Positions 57,584 to 64,000 of a stretch of 64,000 nt of DNA are shown here, piece by piece (position 1 is the stretch's first letter; every line of letters starts with the position of its first letter). The position numbers and the translations under genes are program-made. The notes beneath the pieces are model-generated. The model made no database searches. It worked only from the letters and a program-made list of their open reading frames with translations, and was not told the DNA's origin. Source of the stretch: Ignavibacteriales bacterium (GTDB taxonomy: Bacteria > Bacillota > Clostridia > Acetivibrionales > UBA4821). The stretch lies in assembly GCA_050260055.1 (NCBI GenBank), contig JBLNBO010000042.1:17761-81760 (forward strand), written 5' to 3'.

Positions 57584-58606
57584 TTACAATACGGCTATAG
57601 CTGTTCCTATTGCAGTAACCAGACTTGATATGTTGAAGGTAGCAGCTCTCCCTATACCGAGAAGCTCCTCAAATTCCTTTGGTATCTTGAACATTGAGAA
57701 TATTAATACAATCATGCATAATGCACCGCCAAGAATCCCTACCGGAATAGCATTCGGCAAGCTGATACAGGTTATGTAGGTTATAATAATCAGATTGTAG
57801 AAGAACGACTTCAACACAACCGAGATAAATTTTCTCATATAGCTTTTAACTATGTCTGTTGTTTCATTGGTTATGAAGCAAGTAAATACAAGTGGGCCAA
57901 TAAGCATATAAAACATAAGCTGAATTAATCTGAACATAAGCATAAACTGTATGCACAAGGCTGCTATCCAAATAATCCATCCTGTAAGATTAACAAGTAA
58001 GACCGAGCTTAGCGTTGCTGTTGCAGATTCGATTACGCTTTTATCCACTATTGCAGCCCTGAAGCTCGCCACAATATCCATTGACATTCTTGCATCAAGG
58101 AATTGGATAAATGCATCATTAAAATTTATTATCCACTGCAAAAACTGTGCCGAATAACCAACCAACAGTACCGTAACGATAAGTCTTACCGAGCATCTTA
58201 AAACTGTATTCCCATATGCAGCTCCTGCAAGGCTTATAATAAATGCTACCGTAGCAAGCGTAAGGCATATTGGTTTTAATGCATCGGTTACAACATTTAT
58301 TACTGTCGGACTAGATTCACTCCACAAATCAGGTGTATCCTTCAGGAAGTTTGGAATAATACTGAGGCAGTCGTCTACACAGGTGGAGATTATATATGTA
58401 TACATCTCTACCGTCCAATCCTTGAAAGCCTGATATATGGCATCTTTAATAGGCTGTATTATGTTGTTTGGTAAATTAACAATAGCATCAATTATGCCTT
58501 GAATAGAAAAACCACCACCAGAACCACTTTCTTCCGCATATACACAAGGCACTAATATTAGTAGGATTAAAACTGTTATCAGTAAAACTGCAATTATTCT
58601 TTTCAT
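57584..58606 (-). CDS. VirB6/TrbL-like polytopic conjugation membrane protein
   Basis: 340 aa with a signal peptide and 6 or more TM segments. It sits between the pilin-like and VirB3-like genes. Confidence 0.55.
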   Translation of the reverse strand: MKRIIAVLLITVLILLILVPCVYAEESGSGGGFSIQGIIDAIVNLPNNIIQPIKDAIYQAFKDWTVEMYTYIISTCVDDCLSIIPNFLKDTPDLWSESSPTVINVVTDALKPICLTLATVAFIISLAGAAYGNTVLRCSVRLIVTVLLVGYSAQFLQWIINFNDAFIQFLDARMSMDIVASFRAAIVDKSVIESATATLSSVLLVNLTGWIIWIAALCIQFMLMFRLIQLMFYMLIGPLVFTCFITNETTDIVKSYMRKFISVVLKSFFYNLIIITYITCISLPNAIPVGILGGALCMIVLIFSMFKIPKEFEELLGIGRAATFNISSLVTAIGTAIAVL

Positions 58607-58653
58607 ACAGCCTCCTTAAACAGTTATTCAAATACAAACGGAGCGTCTGATAA

Positions 58654-58989
58654 TCATGTAGACCAAGTTCTGATTAAATTTACAATATTGTCAGCCTGGC
58701 TGCATCCTGCAGTAAATATTACAGCTGCCATTGAATGTCTCCATCCTTTTGATTTCATATGAGGGTCTTCTTCCTTCATACCTCTCGCTACATGGAAAAT
58801 TCCATAGATAACCCAGATTACACCGCCTTTAGTTCCCCACCCTTTTACGGCTGTTGCAAGGTTTGTGATAAAGGTATCAACCGGGTCTGTTGCTGCTGCG
58901 TATGTGATTGATGCGAAACCAAAAAGCATTACTGAAAACAAAACAGCGTTTATGAAATTTCTTTTCTTTAAAACCTGAATTACTCTCAT
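58654..58989 (-). CDS. Small membrane protein, possible VirB2/TrbC-like pilin
   Basis: 111 aa with a signal peptide ending AAA, then two hydrophobic segments. The call rests on position and topology only. Confidence 0.35.
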   Translation of the reverse strand: MRVIQVLKKRNFINAVLFSVMLFGFASITYAAATDPVDTFITNLATAVKGWGTKGGVIWVIYGIFHVARGMKEEDPHMKSKGWRHSMAAVIFTAGCSQADNIVNLIRTWST

Positions 58990-58990
58990 C

Positions 58991-60772
58991 CTAATTCCCC
59001 CTTAAATCTGCATTTTCAAAAATACTCATGTTTTCGTACATAGCTGTTTCTCTCTTCTTTGCCGTCTTAGTCTTATTCTGTTGTAGATTTATTACCTTCT
59101 TTTGCGTTTCTTCTGTGTTTTTTTCTAAGGGAGTTTCTTTAAGTACTATTTCATCAGGCGTAAAGGCTGTTCTATAGAAATTATGATCTGCTCTTTCCAA
59201 CTGGTTGAATGATTTATGCTTTTCAAGCTTATACTTTTGAGCTTTAATCGGATAAATTCCTTTTAAAAAGATTATGCTGTTATCCGGTTCCAGCCTTGTT
59301 ACCTCATCAGGAGTAAGAAGCGGCCTTCCTGTTTTTCCTTCATTTTCACTCTTTGAATTTCTTGATCCGTCCTTAAGGTTAACTGAAACAGCCTTGCTTT
59401 TATTAGCCACTGTAGCCTTTCCAAGCCTTTCCGATATATATCTTGCAGTCTCAATATCCTGACTTCCCAGAAATAATAGGGTGTCACAGTTTCCAACAAT
59501 ATCAGACCATTCCTTAAAATATCCTGCCTTGAGCTGGGCAAGAGACTGTACTGCTATTGATACACTTATGTCCCTGGACCTCATTGAAGCAACCTTTGTT
59601 GAGAAATCGGGTATCTTCCCAATATTGCTGAATTCGTCAAGTAAGCATATTACCGGAAGAGGCAGCCTTCCACCGTACTTATCTGCCTGAGAATACATTA
59701 CCTGAAACATCTGACTAAAAAGCATCGATGATATAAAATCAAATGTCCTATGGGTGTCACTTGTAATAATATAAACCACTGTTTTCTTTGACCCTATGTC
59801 AGTCAGCTTCATTGAATCTGCCGAAGTAAGCCTGGCTATCTCCCCATTCTGTAAAACCTGCAGTCTTATACCAAGTCCAATCATTATATTTCCTCTTGTT
59901 TTGGGATCTCCAGACAGGCAGAAAACCTTATAAGCATTCAATGCTGGATTATCTTCCGGCAGCTTAAAAAACAGCTCGTCAAGCTTATCCTCATTAGATG
60001 CAGTCAAAAGAAGCTTAAAGACCCCTGCAAGATTCCTCCTTGCTTTTGGATATTCATTTTTTACATATGTTATCAACGCTGTAAGCAGTGCCAATTCGGA
60101 GCTGCTCCAAAAGCTGTCATTCTCGATTCCTAAAGAGCTGCCTGAGGTATTGTCTATTATTGTCCTGGCAAGAATCTGAATATCCTGCTGTGTTGCTGCA
60201 TATTCCAATGGATTATAGAAATCGGACGTCTGAAGGTTTACCAGATTTAGAACCTTTACTGAGTAATCATTAGCTTCTAAATACTTGTATGTGTCATCAA
60301 ATATCTCTCCCTTAGGATCAGTAATGATGTAGCTGCCATTCATCTGCATCACATTTGGCTTTATATATCCTCTGGATTTGCCTGCTCCGCTACTTCCGAT
60401 TATTAGAATGTTTTTATTTATTGGTGCATCCATGCTCAGGAATGTTCTGCTGCCAAGAATTATTCCGTTTTCAGCATTAAGTAAACTTTTTGTTTCATTA
60501 GGCTTTGCCCACCTTGCCGAACCGCAGGAATCATTATTACTTTGACTCTCACCAGGCTTATATGCGTATCCAATGAATATTGCAAATATAAGTATGTATA
60601 ACCCTTGATAGCTCAAAAATCTATGGAAGTACTCGTAGTTTGTAAACACTTCAAAAACTGCAGCAGGATTAGCAAGTGCCTTGCTGCCAACAGCAATGGC
60701 TCCTGCAATCAAAATGTCAAAAAGAATAAATGTAATTATCCAGAATAATACCCTGCCAAATATCTTCTTCAC
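58991..60772 (-). CDS. VirD4/TraG-family type IV coupling protein
   Basis: GTG start. It has N-terminal TM segments, Walker A IIGSSGAGKSRG and Walker B VICLLDEFSNIG. Confidence 0.85.
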   Translation of the reverse strand: MKKIFGRVLFWIITFILFDILIAGAIAVGSKALANPAAVFEVFTNYEYFHRFLSYQGLYILIFAIFIGYAYKPGESQSNNDSCGSARWAKPNETKSLLNAENGIILGSRTFLSMDAPINKNILIIGSSGAGKSRGYIKPNVMQMNGSYIITDPKGEIFDDTYKYLEANDYSVKVLNLVNLQTSDFYNPLEYAATQQDIQILARTIIDNTSGSSLGIENDSFWSSSELALLTALITYVKNEYPKARRNLAGVFKLLLTASNEDKLDELFFKLPEDNPALNAYKVFCLSGDPKTRGNIMIGLGIRLQVLQNGEIARLTSADSMKLTDIGSKKTVVYIITSDTHRTFDFISSMLFSQMFQVMYSQADKYGGRLPLPVICLLDEFSNIGKIPDFSTKVASMRSRDISVSIAVQSLAQLKAGYFKEWSDIVGNCDTLLFLGSQDIETARYISERLGKATVANKSKAVSVNLKDGSRNSKSENEGKTGRPLLTPDEVTRLEPDNSIIFLKGIYPIKAQKYKLEKHKSFNQLERADHNFYRTAFTPDEIVLKETPLEKNTEETQKKVINLQQNKTKTAKKRETAMYENMSIFENADLRGN

Positions 60773-60773
60773 G

Positions 60774-61712
60774 TTATCTGCTCCTTAATGCTCTGCTCAA
60801 AGTATTTGAATATTGTTTTATCTGATCGGGCTTGATAATGCTACCGCCCTTATCAAACGGATATATTGCAACCTTTGTTCCAGTGCTGCCTTCAATTGCA
60901 TGCCATTTTAAATCCTTGCCGTTTAAATAGCTGGTTATCTTTCTCCTGTCCTTATAATCAAGCTCTATCCGAACAGGACTACAGACGCTTCCCTTGACAA
61001 GCTTGCCAAAGTCTCTGTAGCTCCCGCTCCCAAAGGTTTGCGTCTTAACCCACTTCTTATATTCTTTGAATTTCTTTATGCTTTCTCTTTCCGCCTTAAG
61101 CTTCTTGATTGAGTGCACCTTGTATATAGAATTCAGGATCGGATTTCCTCTTATAATAGTTCTTACTACACCCTTTGCAAGCTGTTTTCCGAATGCTGAA
61201 AGCTTTTCTTTTTCAAGGAACTTTGAGTACTGTCTGTAGTAGCTTATGCTTGTATCATAGCTGTGCAAAAAAACATTCTTAAATTGGGTAAATTCATAAT
61301 TACTCAGCTTTAACTTGTATGAAATACCGTGGCGATCCTCATAAGTTGGCTTTATCAGAATATGTACATGAGGATGACTGCAATTCATGTGTTCAGAAGC
61401 AATCCACGTCAGCTTTCTCCCGAAGCAGTTTTCATATCTACTCATGGCATTCCTTATAAATTCACGATATTCCAATCCTGATTTTTTATATTCATCTCCA
61501 CTCAGGCTTATAACCACCTTGTACACCTTAGGAGAAGAGTAATAGCTTGTTATTTTATCCGACAGGTTCCGGTTAAACTCTTTAACATCTGCATGCTCTC
61601 TATCCTTATCAAAAGCTCCGAGTCCTCCCTCACGGCTCCTGAATGCGATATATTTGGTTGATTTCTTTGCAGCTATAAGATTTTTGGTATATCCGATTTT
61701 AACAAACAGCAT
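60774..61712 (-). CDS. Relaxase/mobilisation nuclease
   Basis: His triad SEHMNCSHPHVHILIKP and an N-terminal Tyr region (TKYIAFRS). The start is placed at MLFVKIGY. Confidence 0.7.
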   Translation of the reverse strand: MLFVKIGYTKNLIAAKKSTKYIAFRSREGGLGAFDKDREHADVKEFNRNLSDKITSYYSSPKVYKVVISLSGDEYKKSGLEYREFIRNAMSRYENCFGRKLTWIASEHMNCSHPHVHILIKPTYEDRHGISYKLKLSNYEFTQFKNVFLHSYDTSISYYRQYSKFLEKEKLSAFGKQLAKGVVRTIIRGNPILNSIYKVHSIKKLKAERESIKKFKEYKKWVKTQTFGSGSYRDFGKLVKGSVCSPVRIELDYKDRRKITSYLNGKDLKWHAIEGSTGTKVAIYPFDKGGSIIKPDQIKQYSNTLSRALRSR

Positions 61713-62115
61713 TGTTATCACCAACCTTGTTCTCAAGCTGCTTTATGGTTTTTCTTCTTGCGGAGTCATAAATACCATCTATTTCATTCATGACCTGCTC
61801 CAGAGTTTCTTTTTCAGTAGTAGTAATATAGTCAGCAGATAAAGGCAGCAGCAGATTAAGGATTATTCCGGCATCGAGCTTTATTCTGAAAAGCACTTCA
61901 AGCAAGTCTTCTTCCAGCGTAGCAAGCTTTTTTTCTATAGGAATAAGAATGCTTGAAAATACCTGTTCGTCATTCTTGCCCTTTTCTTTTGCAATGTAAT
62001 CACGGACAGCATTCTCAAGCTGATTTGAGATAGAATCGTTTTTAACCTTAGACGCTATTTCAGACAGTTCCTTGTAAAGCGAGCTTTCTATTATTATCGT
62101 TCTGCGTTCTCTCAT
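61699..62115 (-). CDS. Relaxosome accessory protein (MobC/ribbon-helix-helix-like)
   Basis: 138-aa helical protein immediately upstream of and overlapping the relaxase. The N-terminus MRERRTIIIESSLYKELSEIA is RHH-like. Confidence 0.45.
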   Translation of the reverse strand: MRERRTIIIESSLYKELSEIASKVKNDSISNQLENAVRDYIAKEKGKNDEQVFSSILIPIEKKLATLEEDLLEVLFRIKLDAGIILNLLLPLSADYITTTEKETLEQVMNEIDGIYDSARRKTIKQLENKVGDNNAVC

Positions 62116-62157
62116 GACTTCACGTCCAAAACTGACTATTGATAAATTTTATGATGG

Positions 62158-62364
62158 AGTAATACTTGATATGCCTTTGAAATGAATATTTTGAAAGATT
62201 GGGACAAGAAAAAGTAATACTGGACAAATTCCAGTAATACTTATAAATGGCTTGATATAGGCTTTTCACTGGTGTAGTAATACACCTTTATCTCTGCCTT
62301 ACCTTTTGAAAAAAGGGTGAAAAGAAAAAAGTCACTATGATACATCCTTACTTATACCATCCTG
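62158..62364. promoter_or_regulatory. Candidate oriT / relaxosome binding region
   Basis: AGTAATAC occurs four times (62158, 62213, 62233, 62276). Inverted repeat TACTGGA-caaat-TCCAGTA joins copies 2 and 3. A nick-like CATCCTG core lies at 62358-62364. Confidence 0.3.
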
Positions 62365-62421
62365 ACTTTCTCCAAATACTATTGCGCTTAAATAATCGTT
62401 AGCATACCGATTCGCAGACTT

Positions 62422-62462
62422 TAAAAAGCGTATCAAAGAGTCGGTTCTTTGATACGCTTTTT
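62422..62462. terminator. Bidirectional intrinsic terminator
   Basis: AGCGTATCAAAGA (62427-62439) pairs with TCTTTGATACGCT (62446-62458), flanked by an A-run and a T-run. Confidence 0.8.
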
Positions 62463-62578
62463 CTACGATTATTTAGGACTGTTTAAATCAACTACTTTAC
62501 CTATAACCATCTATACTCATTTTGTATTACTTTACATCAGTATTTGAATCTGGGCAATATATCCAATTCCCAATTAGA

Positions 62579-63106
62579 TTAATATCGTCTTATTCTTTTC
62601 AACTCATAAAAAGCATTATAGTTTGAATTTGTGATAAGTGTGTTTTCGTCCTCTAGATAAAAGGTTTCGATAAGAAAATCTAAACTTTTATCTGAATAAA
62701 CATCTAGTTTTTTAATAGTAGATTTATTTCTAATATTTAGCCTTCCCAAGCTTCTATTCGGGTAAGTGCCTATATTCTCACCTACAAACTTGTTTTCAGT
62801 AATATCCGAAACTATGTAATAAGGTTTCTTATACAGCAAACTTGCATCACAAAACAAATCAGTTTTTATTATAACTTTATGTCCAACCATATCCCTTTCT
62901 TTTAATTCTTTTTTAGAATAAACTTTTGGTATAATTAAGCACCTAGTTGTATTCCATTCACCAAAGAAATGAGCTAATGCTTGTGTGTTAATTGTTTGTC
63001 TAACTGCATCCTTCCTTACTTCATCATCCCTCTCAATGTCTTTGGTGCAACTAGTAACTAAGATAATTAATATTAACAAGGATATAGTAAATAAATGTTT
63101 TCTCAT
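62579..63106 (-). CDS. Lipoprotein, function unknown
   Basis: MRKHLFTISLLILIILVTSC lipobox. No other motif recognised. Confidence 0.5.
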   Translation of the reverse strand: MRKHLFTISLLILIILVTSCTKDIERDDEVRKDAVRQTINTQALAHFFGEWNTTRCLIIPKVYSKKELKERDMVGHKVIIKTDLFCDASLLYKKPYYIVSDITENKFVGENIGTYPNRSLGRLNIRNKSTIKKLDVYSDKSLDFLIETFYLEDENTLITNSNYNAFYELKRIRRY

Positions 63107-63310
63107 TAAACATTTTTCCTTCACCACAAACTAAATTAGTTATTATCCTCTAGCAGGAATCTTGCAGCTACCGGATCATACATACAATTCATCAGGTAAT
63201 ACAGCCCTGTCTCATTATTGTACTGGTATTCTGCATACCTTGCAGCTCGGCTCTATATGCAAATGGGACAAGGTACCATTCCTCTCCTTGTCCCCAAAAT
63301 CTAAATGTTA

Positions 63311-64000
63311 TTACAAATTTACTTCTCGCTCGAAAGATACTTTTTTGTACTGATTTGCTGTATATTCGTCTACATCAACACCCGCCTCAAGGAACTTACC
63401 CGTTCCAATAAATCCATTCTCTTCTAAAGCAATTTCCAATACCCACATTTTACCCTTAGCATCTTCTATTACAGCATATGTATTATAGTTGTTTTCTTTA
63501 AAATTTCGAATGTAAACTTTGTATGTGCCTGTTTTCTCCCATAATTTTAATCTCTCGACTATTTTATCCTCAATTTCATCAACAATTTTTTCCTTAGTAT
63601 CTGTTAGTTTTGGGAAAACAGGTTGCGTAGTTTTTCCAAATTCAATTTCGCTACTCGTATAATAAACAAGCCCTAATTCTTTAAGTCTTTCTTTTATTCT
63701 CGCTAAACCTATTTCTTCAATACTACCAGAAGGTTGATCACTATAACCTTTATCGCCTTTCCAAAAATCTACAGCATAAAATTCTTCGTCTTCATAAATA
63801 CTGTATTTTCCATGTTTGAATCTCTTATTAAATAATATAGTGACTGAATCAGGGAATTTAGGATTCATATATATTTCGAATTTTGATTTTTGAGATTCAA
63901 ATCCATTGTAATTTGAATACACCCCACTATACCAAATATCATTGTTTATAGCAGTTTTAATTGCTGCTTTTAATTCATCAATGTTAATTTTAGTTATACT
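63311..64000 (-). CDS. Hypothetical protein (5' end outside the window)
   Basis: The frame of the 63311..63922 ORF stays open upstream to position 64000 (..SITKINIDELKAAIKTAINNDIWYSG-VYSNYNGF..). The listed GTG start is therefore probably internal. Confidence 0.4.
   Translation of the reverse strand, partial: SITKINIDELKAAIKTAINNDIWYSGVYSNYNGFESQKSKFEIYMNPKFPDSVTILFNKRFKHGKYSIYEDEEFYAVDFWKGDKGYSDQPSGSIEEIGLARIKERLKELGLVYYTSSEIEFGKTTQPVFPKLTDTKEKIVDEIEDKIVERLKLWEKTGTYKVYIRNFKENNYNTYAVIEDAKGKMWVLEIALEENGFIGTGKFLEAGVDVDEYTANQYKKVSFEREVNL

Larger units (their letters stand above)
42700..64000. mobile_element. Integrative conjugative element (left end ~42.7 kb, right end beyond the window) inserted in dpaA
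   Basis: A large serine recombinase sits at the junction with the truncated dpaA. The element also encodes relaxase, MobC-like, VirD4-, VirB4-, VirB6- and VirB3/PrgI-like genes, radC, and HTH/excisionase-type genes. Confidence 0.75.

Overview
Low-GC (about 30%) chromosome segment from a spore-forming Clostridia-class Firmicute. Almost all genes are on the minus strand. No rRNA, tRNA or CRISPR array was recognised. The window has four blocks.
(1) 1-9.3 kb is housekeeping: partial glycogen debranching enzyme, yvcK, rapZ, murB, ROK glucokinase, PHP phosphoesterase, dut, a PilZ protein and two lipoproteins.
(2) 9.4-23.7 kb is a cell-surface and accessory block. It holds an SLH protein, a copper-amine-oxidase-stalk protein and a 728-aa secreted protein. 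It also holds a tandem array of four radical SAM/SPASM paralogues plus one paralogue lacking the SAM-cluster cysteines. This array lies directly upstream of a secreted 627-aa protein whose N-terminus has 23 Cys in 45 residues, including (Cys-Glu)n.
(3) 23.7-42.2 kb is a conserved sporulation and housekeeping backbone: dgkA/PAP2, ybeY, 7TM-HD PgpH-like, yqfD, yqfC, PdaA-like deacetylase, M18 aminopeptidase and HisJ. It also carries an agr-type quorum-sensing locus with an unlisted 53-aa AgrD-like ORF that has Ser instead of Cys. The gatCAB operon here is interrupted by trpF and a methyltransferase.
(4) From about 42.7 kb to beyond 64 kb lies an integrative conjugative element. It has a large serine recombinase at its edge and is inserted inside dipicolinate synthase subunit A (dpaA/spoVFA). 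It encodes a relaxase, a coupling protein and VirB4/VirB6/VirB3-like genes.
The element's cargo contains my top candidate for an undescribed system. This is a tightly coupled five-gene operon (small HTH, NurA-like nuclease, HerA-like ATPase, GHKL ATPase, 623-aa radical SAM protein) that looks like an anti-mobile-element defence system. The second candidate is the radical SAM/Cys-rich protein cluster. Also notable are two copies of a roughly 170-nt structured leader with covarying RBS-sequestering hairpins, upstream of radC and of a small conserved mobile-element gene. All functional calls rest on motif recognition by eye. No database search was run.
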